64,000 nucleotides of DNA, from assembly GCA_002686365.1 (NCBI GenBank), contig NZBZ01000004.1, positions 27,079 to 91,078 on the forward strand, written 5' to 3'. Shown piece by piece: positions 48,580 through 57,554 of the stretch. The number at the start of each line of letters is the position of its first letter. The first letter of the stretch is position 1. Source of the stretch: a bacterium. GTDB taxonomy: Bacteria; Patescibacteriota; Minisyncoccia; UBA6257; GWB1-50-10. The position numbers and the translations under genes were made by a program. The notes beneath the pieces are model-generated. The model saw only the letters and a program-made list of their open reading frames with translations, searched no databases and was not told the origin of the DNA.

Positions 48580-50940
48580 ATGTTAGTAGGTACACTTTTT
48601 GGAGCTGTTTTACTTCTAGTTGTTGGGGTGGTAGCGTTTTTTTTCTTTCGTAAATCGCAGGGAAATACACTTGTTGAGAAACTTAGTCTTGAGCTTTTTC
48701 TTGTTCGGCTTCCATATACTTCTTCTGAAGGTAAGGATTTAAAGGAAGAGATAGGTTTTTTTGAACAGCTTTTGAGTTCTCTCTCGTCTTTTAAAAAACC
48801 TTTTGTGTTTGAAGTTGCTGTTCCTCATGTGGGGGAGGAGATTCATTTTTATGCTGCTGTTCCTTTGCATCTTGGAGAGACGTTTTCTCGGCAGGTTCAT
48901 GCTGTTTGGGCTGGGGCAGAGGTAGAAAAGGCTTCTGACTATACAATTTTTAGTCCTCATGGAGTATACGAGGGCGCGTGGGTGAAGCAGAGGGATAAGT
49001 TTATTCTTCCGGTCCGCACTTATCAGGATGTAGACGGAGATCCTTTTTCTTCAATTGTTGGCGCGCTTTCAAAGATTCAGGAGATTGGAGAGGGGGCTGT
49101 GATTCAGGTTCTTGTACAACCTGCGTCTCGAGCTTTGCGTACGAAGATTTTGAGCGCGCTTCGTAGACTGCAGAAGGGGGAGGAGTTTAAGAAGGTGATT
49201 CGGTCTTCGTTTTCTTTTGAGAGTATTACGGAAGCAGTTGTTCCTAAAGACAATACAAAACAGAAAGAGGAGGGCTTTCGGGAGAAGACAGTTGAGGATG
49301 TTGCGGTTCAGGCGCTTCAGAAGAAGGCCTCGACTCCTTTATTTCGTGTGAATATTCGGCTTCTGGCGTCCGCCCCCACAAAGGAGAAGGCAGAGATTCT
49401 TCTCTGGAGTTTGACCTCTGGATTTTCTCAGTTTGGAGCTCCAGACCGAAATGATTTGAAGATCGTGAGGGTGCGGTCAAATAAGGATTTTGCCCACAAG
49501 TTTTCTTTTCGGGAGTTTTCAAAGAATCAGGAGATGATTTTGAATTCGGAAGAGCTTACGAGCATGTTTCATTTCACCACTCCATTTTCTGAGATTCCTA
49601 AGGTGAAGTCCTTAAAGGCTAAACAGTCAGCTCCTCCTGCAGAGCTTCCAAAAGAGGGCGTTCTTATTGGAGAGAGTGCGTATAGAGGGGAGAAGAAAGA
49701 GGTGCGTGTTGCTAACGATGATCGCAGGCGGCATGTCTATCTTATTGGGCAGACAGGAACTGGGAAGTCTAATCTTATTACGAATATGGCTGCCTATGAT
49801 GTAGCTCACGGCAAGGGAGTTGCGGTTATTGATCCTCATGGGGATTTAGTGGAGGCGGTTTTGAGGCAGGTGCCTGAATCCCGTGCTCAGGATGTTGTTG
49901 TATTTGATCCTTCAGACCTTGAGCGTCCTTTGGGGCTTAATATGATTGAGTATAATCTTGATAGACCGGAGGAGAAGACGTTTATTGTAAATGAGATGGT
50001 TAGTATTTTTGATAAGCTTTATGACTTGAAGGCTACTGGCGGGCCTATGTTTGAGCAGTATATGCGAAATGCTCTCCTGCTTTTAATGGAGGATTCGGCA
50101 AATGAGCCCGCGACCCTTATGGAGGTTGCGCGAATATTTACTGATAAGGGATATCGGGATAGGAAGCTTCAGCGTATTAAAAATCCAACAGTTCAGGATT
50201 TTTGGCAGAAGGAGGCAGAGAAGGCCGGAGGAGAGGCTTCGCTTCAAAATATTACTCCGTACATTACTTCTAAGTTCAATACATTTACTGCAAATGATTA
50301 TATGCGTGTAATTATTGGGCAGGAGAGGTCTTCATTTAATTTTCGGCAGATTATGGATGAGGGAAAGATACTTCTTATTAATCTTTCTAAAGGAAGAATT
50401 GGAGATATAAATGCGAATCTGCTTGGAATGATCTTTGTAGGTAAGATTCTTATGGCTGCGCTCTCTCGGGTTGATATTAAGGAGGATGAGAGGAGAGATT
50501 TTAATTTGTATATTGATGAGTTTCAGAATTTCACAACAGATTCCATTGCTACAATTCTTTCAGAAGCTCGGAAGTATCGTTTGAATCTTGTGATTGCACA
50601 TCAGTTTATTGCGCAGTTGTCGGATACGATACGGGACGCAGTATTTGGAAATGTTGGATCATTTGTTTCGTTTCGCGTTGGTGTGCAGGATACGGAGACT
50701 TTGATAAAGGAATTTGCTCCTGAATTTGATGAGCATGATCTTTCTAATATTGATAATTTTAATGCGTATGTGCGGCTTTTGGTGGATAATCAGACAACGA
50801 AGCCGTTTAATATTCGTACGATTCCGAGTGGAAAGGGAAGTGACGAGATTGCGGAGCGTCTTCGGGGCATATCTCAAGAGAAGCATGGAAGGCCGAGAGA
50901 TGAAGTTGAAGATAGTATTTATCGACGTCTACGCGATTGA
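48580..50940 (+). CDS. Membrane-anchored TraD/VirD4/FtsK-HerA-like P-loop ATPase (type IV coupling protein-like)
   Basis: N-terminal TM helix, Walker A LIGQTGTGKSN, Walker B NLYIDEFQNF, C-terminal TraD/TraG-like region; 786 aa. Confidence 0.7.
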   Translation: MLVGTLFGAVLLLVVGVVAFFFFRKSQGNTLVEKLSLELFLVRLPYTSSEGKDLKEEIGFFEQLLSSLSSFKKPFVFEVAVPHVGEEIHFYAAVPLHLGETFSRQVHAVWAGAEVEKASDYTIFSPHGVYEGAWVKQRDKFILPVRTYQDVDGDPFSSIVGALSKIQEIGEGAVIQVLVQPASRALRTKILSALRRLQKGEEFKKVIRSSFSFESITEAVVPKDNTKQKEEGFREKTVEDVAVQALQKKASTPLFRVNIRLLASAPTKEKAEILLWSLTSGFSQFGAPDRNDLKIVRVRSNKDFAHKFSFREFSKNQEMILNSEELTSMFHFTTPFSEIPKVKSLKAKQSAPPAELPKEGVLIGESAYRGEKKEVRVANDDRRRHVYLIGQTGTGKSNLITNMAAYDVAHGKGVAVIDPHGDLVEAVLRQVPESRAQDVVVFDPSDLERPLGLNMIEYNLDRPEEKTFIVNEMVSIFDKLYDLKATGGPMFEQYMRNALLLLMEDSANEPATLMEVARIFTDKGYRDRKLQRIKNPTVQDFWQKEAEKAGGEASLQNITPYITSKFNTFTANDYMRVIIGQERSSFNFRQIMDEGKILLINLSKGRIGDINANLLGMIFVGKILMAALSRVDIKEDERRDFNLYIDEFQNFTTDSIATILSEARKYRLNLVIAHQFIAQLSDTIRDAVFGNVGSFVSFRVGVQDTETLIKEFAPEFDEHDLSNIDNFNAYVRLLVDNQTTKPFNIRTIPSGKGSDEIAERLRGISQEKHGRPRDEVEDSIYRRLRD

Positions 50941-50954
50941 GATCGCGTAGACAC

Positions 50955-51075
50955 GGAATTTTTAATTTTCAATTATCAATTTTTACCGGCTAACTCAATG
51001 TTCACTTTTGACTGTTTGAAAATTGTTGCATTGAACATTGATTGAAAATTGGACATTGGAAATTGGTCATTAGTA
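50955..51075. repeat. AATTTTCAATTATCAATTTTT ... ATTGAAAATTGGACATTGGAAATTGGTCATT repeat block
   Basis: Shares GAAATTGGACATT with 2080-2092. Confidence 0.55.
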
Positions 51076-51084
51076 ATATTTATT

Positions 51085-52110
51085 ATGTCATCATCTGAAC
51101 TTCGAAAAGACATTGTATCAGGAGAGTGGGTTGTGCTTGCGCCTGGGAGGGCCAAGAGGCCTGATGCGTTTATAAAAAAGATTAAACGTGAGCGGGTTTC
51201 AAAGAAGGATTGCCCGTTTGAGGATCCGCAGACTACAAATCATGGTGACCCTCTTTTGGTATATCCTAAAGACGCGCTTCATTCGACTTCTCGGCTTAAT
51301 AAGCGTGACAAGTGGAGGATACAGATTATTCGGAACAAGTATCCCGCATTTCGGCATGAGCGGAAGTGTATCCCTGCAATTTCTCGCGGTCCGTATGAGG
51401 TGATGGAGGGGATTGGATATCATCATCTTCTGCTTACCAGAGATCATCATAGGAACTACCCGCGTCTTTCTTCTTCTGAAGCAGCATTGGTGTTTTTATC
51501 TTTTCAGGAGCATTATAAGGATCTTGCGCGGGATAAGTGTGTGAAGTATGTTTCTTTTTTCCATAACTGGGGTCCTAAGGCAGGAGCTTCGGTTTATCAT
51601 CCTCACTATCAGATTATGGCTCTTCCTATGATTCCGCCGGATGTTGGCAGATCTCTTAAGGGTTCACAGCAATATTATAATAAGCATAAGAAGTGTGTGC
51701 ATTGCACCATTTTAGGCTGGGAGCGGAAGGAGAAGAAGCGGATTATATATGAGACTAAGAATGTGATTGCGTTTATTCCTTACATTTCACGGGAGCCGTT
51801 TGAGGCGCGAATTTTTCCCAAGAAACATTCTTCGTATTTTGAAGATGCTTCTTCTAAGATTGTGGAGGAGGTGTCGCATGCTTTGCGGCTTGTGCTTCAG
51901 AGGATGGAGAGGAGATTGAAGGATCCGGATTATAATTTTTTTATTCATTCTGCGCCTACGCACAGACGGGATAAGTTCGCTCATTATCATTGGCACATTG
52001 AGGTTTTGCCAAAGATGAGTGTCTATGCTGGATTTGAGCTGGGGACGGGGATTGAGGTGACTGTTGTGGATCCGGATGATGCGGCTCGATTATTAAAAAT
52101 AAAAAAATAG
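51085..52110 (+). CDS. galT: Galactose-1-phosphate uridylyltransferase-like HIT-superfamily nucleotidyltransferase
   Basis: ELRKDIVSGEWVVLAPGRAKRP N-terminal signature; Cys/His zinc site; YHPHYQIMAL and HYHWHIEVLPK histidine motifs. Confidence 0.65.
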   Translation: MSSSELRKDIVSGEWVVLAPGRAKRPDAFIKKIKRERVSKKDCPFEDPQTTNHGDPLLVYPKDALHSTSRLNKRDKWRIQIIRNKYPAFRHERKCIPAISRGPYEVMEGIGYHHLLLTRDHHRNYPRLSSSEAALVFLSFQEHYKDLARDKCVKYVSFFHNWGPKAGASVYHPHYQIMALPMIPPDVGRSLKGSQQYYNKHKKCVHCTILGWERKEKKRIIYETKNVIAFIPYISREPFEARIFPKKHSSYFEDASSKIVEEVSHALRLVLQRMERRLKDPDYNFFIHSAPTHRRDKFAHYHWHIEVLPKMSVYAGFELGTGIEVTVVDPDDAARLLKIKK

Positions 52111-52126
52111 TAATACTGATTACTAG

Positions 52127-52579
52127 ATGACTATCTATTGGATACTAACTGTTTTAATTGCGGCATTGCCTGTGGCAGAGCTTCGTGGGGCAATACCTTT
52201 GGCTGTTTTTGTATGGAATATTTCTCCGCTTACTGCTTTTTTTCTTGCTGTTATTGGAAATTTTTTGATAGTTATTCCGCTGCTATGGTTTTGGCATTTT
52301 GCTGTTCACAGACTCGCAAAGAGATATCATTTTGTGCATCGTTGTAAGGAGTGGATGTTTGATAGGACGCATCGCAGGCATGGCGGGAAGTTTGAGCTTT
52401 TGAAGGAGTTTGCATTGTTTTTCTTAGTCGCAATTCCTTTGCCTTTTACCGGAGCATGGACTGGAACTGTTGCTGCTTATCTTTTTGGCGTGCCGTTTTG
52501 GAGGGCAGTTTTATGGATTGGTCTTGGAATTATTTTCGCAGGAATTTTGGTTGGTGTGGGGGTGGGGCTTTTTGTGTAG
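52127..52579 (+). CDS. COG2426-like small polytopic membrane protein
   Basis: PVAELRGAIPLAV motif, four TM helices. Confidence 0.5.
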   Translation: MTIYWILTVLIAALPVAELRGAIPLAVFVWNISPLTAFFLAVIGNFLIVIPLLWFWHFAVHRLAKRYHFVHRCKEWMFDRTHRRHGGKFELLKEFALFFLVAIPLPFTGAWTGTVAAYLFGVPFWRAVLWIGLGIIFAGILVGVGVGLFV

Positions 52580-52610
52580 CTTATAGCTTTTAGCTTCATT
52601 AGCTTTTAGC
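52577..52610. repeat. TAGCTTATAGCTTTTAGCTTCATTAGCTTTTAGC repeat
   Basis: Family member, overlaps the stop of the preceding gene. Confidence 0.75.
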
Positions 52611-52645
52611 ACGAAAAAAACCGCTTAATGCGGGTAGTAGTTGGC

Positions 52646-52687
52646 GGACGCCTTTTCTCTCGGATGAGTAGGCGTCCGCCAATGCGT
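52646..52687. promoter_or_regulatory. 12-bp-arm inverted repeat TTGGCGGACGCC...GGCGTCCGCCAA at the left edge of islet G
   Basis: Read directly. Confidence 0.4.
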
Positions 52688-53113
52688 TCTCTAGCTGGGT
52701 CTTGGGTGATGCGTGCATGCCTTTCACCGGTGTTTGCACGCCCTCTTTGTGAGCTGGGCAAGCACCGCAGTTTTCCCCCGTTTCCCGGCACTCTACAGCG
52801 CCCTCGTTGATACCCACCTACACTCTCTCCGTAGAGAGAGGAGGTGGGTATCAGGACGTGTCGTGCTTGTCAAAGCAGATGCGCATTTCTGCGCTTAACT
52901 CCTTGTGGCTGGGTCTGACGTAGTCCCTTGTGGGTTTTATCTCAGGCCACAGTAGGTAACTAGCTAGGAGTGTATCACAATTTTTGTGTTTTGCAATTTC
53001 ATTGATTTTGGGGAGTTTGTGGAGATTGACAGAGGTTTTATGGGGTGATATATAGAAGTTAGGTCTTGAGTCGTGTCTTGAAGTCTGGGGCCTCTGGATT
53101 GGGAAGGAAGGAC

Positions 53114-53350
53114 ATGCCAGACACATCTTTTGGCGGTGACAATTATGGCGAGTGCTCTGACTGTGGCGATGAGGCCACTTGCAGTCATTGGGGACCCCTT
53201 GCTCCTCTGGGAGAGGTGTGGCGTTTCTGCGAGCACTGCTTTGGCTGGCGCAGGCATGAGCACGATGAGCATGATGGGGGCGGTGAGGAGTTTTCTCCCA
53301 AGCCCCTTGGTCATACATGGCCTGAACAGGATCCACCGCAGGCGTCTTAG
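53114..53350 (+). CDS. Small Cys/His-rich hypothetical protein (islet G)
   Basis: GGAAGGAAGG SD; CSDCGDEATCSHW...CEHCFGW zinc-ribbon-like spacing; several overlapping ORFs in this GC-rich stretch make the call uncertain. Confidence 0.3.
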   Translation: MPDTSFGGDNYGECSDCGDEATCSHWGPLAPLGEVWRFCEHCFGWRRHEHDEHDGGGEEFSPKPLGHTWPEQDPPQAS

Positions 53351-53408
53351 CAGCTTAGCATTGCAGCAGCAGTGTGAGGCGCGCGATTAGAGAGGATGTG
53401 AGAGGCTT

Positions 53409-53702
53409 ATGTCAAAATCTCTTACTGGGTGGGAAGTTCACGCTGGCAGGAGACGAGGCAGTGGTGTGGTTTTCAGGATTTGGATTCCACGTGCGCGGCA
53501 GTACGCAACCTCGGCTCTGTCTGAGTGCAGCGTACGGGCCTGGATCGAACGGGATTTCACTGAGCGTGACGTGTTATGGTGGGACATCAATTCCCTGGTG
53601 GATAACGCTAGGGCGTTTGGAGCCTCTTGGCAGCCGAGCGAGAGACGTAACAAGCGTCGCATGGGTCGTTGGGCGAGGGAGTTGCGACGAGTAGCGGCAT
53701 AA
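53409..53702 (+). CDS. Hypothetical basic protein (islet G)
   Basis: GAGAGG SD 8 nt upstream of ATG. Confidence 0.3.
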   Translation: MSKSLTGWEVHAGRRRGSGVVFRIWIPRARQYATSALSECSVRAWIERDFTERDVLWWDINSLVDNARAFGASWQPSERRNKRRMGRWARELRRVAA

Positions 53703-53794
53703 CCCCGGATTCATCAACCATAAGAGTTCTTTCGAGGCAGTCAAGCATGGCTGTCTTTTTTCTTTTATGACTGGAACTTGTTATTATAAGTAGT

Positions 53795-54565
53795 ATGAAA
53801 TTAGTGATAGCAAACTGGAAACTTAATCCTTCTACTGAAGATGAAGCTATAGAGCTTGCAAAGAAAGAGGATTTGGATGGAGTGATTCTAATGCCTCCTT
53901 TGTCTTTTTTGGCTGGAGTTGGGGATGTTTTGAAGAAGGCAAAACTTGGATCGCAGGATGTGTTTTATGAAGATGAGGGGGCGTACACTGGAGAGGTGTC
54001 TTCAGAGCAGCTGGAGTCAGTTGGGGTGAAGTATGTGCTTGTGGGTCATTCAGAGAGGCGTGCAATGGGTGAGACAGAGACGCAAATTAATAAGAAGGTA
54101 CGAGCTGCTTTGAAAGAGGGGCTTATAGTTGTGTTGTGTGTTGGGGAGAAGGAGCGAAAGGATATTACTGGAGCAAAAGATTTTGTGAAAGCACAGTTGG
54201 AGAGTGCGTTGGATAAGGTAGCTTCTAGCCAGCTGGCGGGTCGGGACGATAAGGTAGCCCCTCGCTGCGCTCGGGACGATTGTGACGCGGGACGCGTCAT
54301 AATCGCATACGAGCCAGTGTGGGCGATTTCATCGCATAGTGGGGGAGCGTCAGATACTCCAGAAGATGCTGCAGAAATGATTGGTTCTATAAAGGAGTTC
54401 CTAGAAGCTAAAAGCTATAAGCTAGAAGCTATTTTATATGGCGGGTCAGTGAATGGGGAAGATGCGAAAGGATTTTTAGATAAGGAGGAAATTGATGGAG
54501 TGTTGGTGGGAAGTGCGAGTTTGAAGTCAGAGGAGTTTAAAAAGATTGTAGAGACAGCATCATGA
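53795..54565 (+). CDS. tpiA: Triosephosphate isomerase with GC-rich in-frame insertion
   Basis: ANWKLN, VGHSERR, IIAYEPVWAI, YGGSV motifs; about 17 extra residues (RDDKVAPRCARDDCDAG) before AYEPVW relative to E. coli TIM; EAKSYKLEA segment is encoded by the AGCTATAAGCT repeat. Confidence 0.85.
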   Translation: MKLVIANWKLNPSTEDEAIELAKKEDLDGVILMPPLSFLAGVGDVLKKAKLGSQDVFYEDEGAYTGEVSSEQLESVGVKYVLVGHSERRAMGETETQINKKVRAALKEGLIVVLCVGEKERKDITGAKDFVKAQLESALDKVASSQLAGRDDKVAPRCARDDCDAGRVIIAYEPVWAISSHSGGASDTPEDAAEMIGSIKEFLEAKSYKLEAILYGGSVNGEDAKGFLDKEEIDGVLVGSASLKSEEFKKIVETAS

Positions 54566-55293
54566 ATCGTTCTACAAAAAAACTTGTGTATGGACTGTTT
54601 TACTTGGTCGTGTTTGCGATTATTGGTCTTTTAGTTTTTCTAATTGTTCGTCCTAGGGAGCAGGGTCCGGCTGCTGTAGGCGTTCCAACAGGTCCTCGAA
54701 TTTTAGACTTAATGGTTCAAGAGAGCGAGGTGTTTCGTTTGTCGAGTGTGAATCCGGCATTTCTTTTTGCGCGAGTTTCGAATCCTAATGAAAAGTATAG
54801 AGCTTCCCACTTCTCTTATTCTTTTCTTTTGTATGGTTTTGAGGGTGAGCTTTTAGAGCAGGTTTCCGGAGAGGCGAATGTACTTCCTCGAGAGGAGACT
54901 ATTTTATATGAGACGAGCGCAACGGCTTTTTCTCGGGATGTTCAGGAGATTCGTTTTTACATTGTGGATGTGGAGTGGTCTTCTGTGGGCCAGTCTTCCG
55001 GCTTAGAATTTTCTTTGCCTAGTGAGCCGCAGATTGAGATAGATGATGAGGCGCGAGAGATGCGTGTAAAGGGAGAGGTGCGGAATGATGGAGGGTCTCG
55101 TATTTCTGAGGCGCGAGTAGTTGTCGCGCTTCGGGATAGTTTTGGCTTTCGTGTGTTTGTGTCAGGGACGATTCTTTCAAACTTGCGGAGTTTTGCCTCA
55201 AAAGACTTTGTTGTATCTGTTCCTTATGATGAGGATTTGGTTCGGAGAGTTAGAGATGGAGCAGTAGAAGTGTTCTTATATCCGGTGTTTTAG
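54562..55293 (+). CDS. Membrane-anchored hypothetical protein
   Basis: N-terminal TM helix; start overlaps the tpiA stop (ATGA). Confidence 0.45.
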   Translation: MNRSTKKLVYGLFYLVVFAIIGLLVFLIVRPREQGPAAVGVPTGPRILDLMVQESEVFRLSSVNPAFLFARVSNPNEKYRASHFSYSFLLYGFEGELLEQVSGEANVLPREETILYETSATAFSRDVQEIRFYIVDVEWSSVGQSSGLEFSLPSEPQIEIDDEAREMRVKGEVRNDGGSRISEARVVVALRDSFGFRVFVSGTILSNLRSFASKDFVVSVPYDEDLVRRVRDGAVEVFLYPVF

Positions 55294-55317
55294 TGATCGG
55301 TAATGCGCAGGGCGTGA

Positions 55318-56481
55318 TTGCGGCCATTATTTTTGTGGAGGGTTTTATTTGTCATTGTCATTGTTATTTGTCATAGTGGGTATCTAGCTATGTCTTCTTT
55401 TTTTCACACTTTTTTTGCGAGCTTGCGGAGATTTGACTGGTTTTTAGTTGTAGGGATTGTGATTCTTTCTGCGATTGGCTTGGTTTCTCTTGCAAGTCTT
55501 AATACTGAACTTTTTAACCGTCAGATTTTGTGGTACGTGCTTTTTGTTTTAACAATTCTTGTTGGCAGTCAGATTCATTGGCGATGGCTTGTGGGGCGGG
55601 GATGGTTTCGGCAGGGAGCATATTGGTTTTTTGTCCTGCTTATTCTTTTTACTATGTTTCAGTCTGGGACGATTCGCGGTACGAAGAGCTGGATTTTTAT
55701 CGGGAGCTTTCAGTTTCAGCCGTCTGAATTTTTGAAGATTGCCCTTATTTTTCTTCTGGCTGGCTTTTTTTCGAGAAAGTTTGAGGGGGCGTGGTTAGGG
55801 AAGAATATATTTGTTTCCTTTTTATACGCAGCGATTCCTTCGGCTCTTGTTGTTCTTCAGCCGGATTTGGGGACAGCGCTTGTTATTATGGGAGTTTGGG
55901 TGGGATTTCTTTTTATGAGCGGGTTTCATTTGAAGAGGGTTATTTTTATGTTTTTTACGCTTTTGTTTGCCGGAGCGCTTAGCTGGTTTTTTCTGCTTCA
56001 GCCGTATCAGAAGGAGCGTATAACTTCATTTCTTTTTCCGGACAGGGATCCTTTGGGCGCGAGTTATAACGTTATTCAGTCAAAGATTGCCGTTGGGTCG
56101 GCTGGATTTTTAGGCAAGGGCTTTGGATTCGGTACGCAGAGTCATCTTCAGTTTTTACCTGAGGCAGAGACAGATTTTCTTTTCGCGTCTTTTATTGAAG
56201 AATGGGGGATTCTTGGGGGTATTATTCTTCTATTGACATTTTTGTTTGTCGTTTTTAGAATTATGAATATTGGTTTGCGCTCTGCAAACAATGATTATCG
56301 GTTTATTAGCTTAGGGGTCGCGTTGGTTTTAATGATTCATTTTTTTATAAACGCGGGCTCAAATTTGGGTTTTACCCCTGTGACTGGCATTCCGTTTCCG
56401 TTTTTGAGTTATGGGGGGTCCCATTTGTTGACATTAGGAGTCCTCATTAGTATAATTCAACGGGTTAAAATTGAATCTTGA
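55318..56481 (+). CDS. SEDS-family peptidoglycan glycosyltransferase (FtsW/RodA)
   Basis: About 10 TM helices; FLPEAETDFLFASFIEEWG and GIPFPFLSYGGSHLL motifs; alternative start at 55390. Confidence 0.85.
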   Translation: MRPLFLWRVLFVIVIVICHSGYLAMSSFFHTFFASLRRFDWFLVVGIVILSAIGLVSLASLNTELFNRQILWYVLFVLTILVGSQIHWRWLVGRGWFRQGAYWFFVLLILFTMFQSGTIRGTKSWIFIGSFQFQPSEFLKIALIFLLAGFFSRKFEGAWLGKNIFVSFLYAAIPSALVVLQPDLGTALVIMGVWVGFLFMSGFHLKRVIFMFFTLLFAGALSWFFLLQPYQKERITSFLFPDRDPLGASYNVIQSKIAVGSAGFLGKGFGFGTQSHLQFLPEAETDFLFASFIEEWGILGGIILLLTFLFVVFRIMNIGLRSANNDYRFISLGVALVLMIHFFINAGSNLGFTPVTGIPFPFLSYGGSHLLTLGVLISIIQRVKIES

Positions 56482-57503
56482 TTAGCCACGAGAAGCCACA
56501 ACTATTGTTTTGGAGGAGTCCTCTTTTTCTTTCTGTTGTATTCGGGGGCCTGATTTTTGTTTTTGGGGTTGCGTATTTTTTTTACGGCCTTCAGCCTATT
56601 TCTTCAGACGGAGATATACAGACATTTCAGATTACTCGAGGGGAGAGATTTGCCGGAATTGGCGCGCGTCTTTCTCAGGGCGGCCTCATAAAATCGATTT
56701 CTGTGTTTAAGATGTACTCTCTTGTTTCGGGCCGCGCTCAACGGTTTCAGCCTGGGACGTATGAGCTTGATGTCTCAATGAGCGTCCCGCAGATTGTCCG
56801 TACTCTTACAACTCATGGAAGTAATGAGGTTGAGATAACTATTCCTGAGGGGTACACGCTTCGTGATATTGACTCTCTTCTTTCTGAGGCTTTAGTGATA
56901 GATGAGGGAGAGCTGATTCAGACGCAGGTGGAGGATTTGGTTTCCGGATTTCCATTTCTTGAGGGAGTTGATAGTTTAGAGGGATTTTTATTCCCTGATA
57001 CGTATCGTTTTGAGCGGCAGTCTCTTGTATCTCAGGTGCTTTCTCGTTTTCTTGAAAATTTTAGAGATAAGGCATGGCTTCACCTCCGGGATGAGGAAGA
57101 TTGGTATGATCGTTTGATTCTTGCATCTTTTCTTGAGCGGGAAGTTCCAAAATTTGAAGATCGGAGGCTGGTTGCCGGAGTTTTATTGAAACGTTTGGAT
57201 CTTGGTATGCGATTACAGGTGGACGCGACTATTAGTTACGCAAAGTGCAATGGAACGTTTTTTGAATGTGAAGAGGGTCGAGTTTTGAGGGAAGATTTAG
57301 ATATTTCTTCTCCTTACAATACATATGAGCGTCGAGGATGGACGCCAACACCGATTTCAAGTCCTGGTGAGGAGGCGGTGCGTGCCGCTGTTACTCCTAG
57401 AAAGAGTTCATATTTGTATTATCTTTCTGCGCGGGATACAGGAGAGACGATTTTTTCACGAACGCTTGATGAACATAATACTAATCGGGTGAAGTATCTT
57501 TGA
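56478..57503 (+). CDS. mltG: Endolytic murein transglycosylase MltG (YceG-like)
   Basis: N-terminal TM helix, YceG domain motifs LFPDTYRF, RLQVDATISY, YNTYERRGWTPTPISSPG; TTG start inferred. Confidence 0.8.
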   Translation: MISHEKPQLLFWRSPLFLSVVFGGLIFVFGVAYFFYGLQPISSDGDIQTFQITRGERFAGIGARLSQGGLIKSISVFKMYSLVSGRAQRFQPGTYELDVSMSVPQIVRTLTTHGSNEVEITIPEGYTLRDIDSLLSEALVIDEGELIQTQVEDLVSGFPFLEGVDSLEGFLFPDTYRFERQSLVSQVLSRFLENFRDKAWLHLRDEEDWYDRLILASFLEREVPKFEDRRLVAGVLLKRLDLGMRLQVDATISYAKCNGTFFECEEGRVLREDLDISSPYNTYERRGWTPTPISSPGEEAVRAAVTPRKSSYLYYLSARDTGETIFSRTLDEHNTNRVKYL

Positions 57504-57554
57504 CGAGGATATAGGACTTAAGACTTAGGATATAGGAGTTAGGGTAATTATTTT

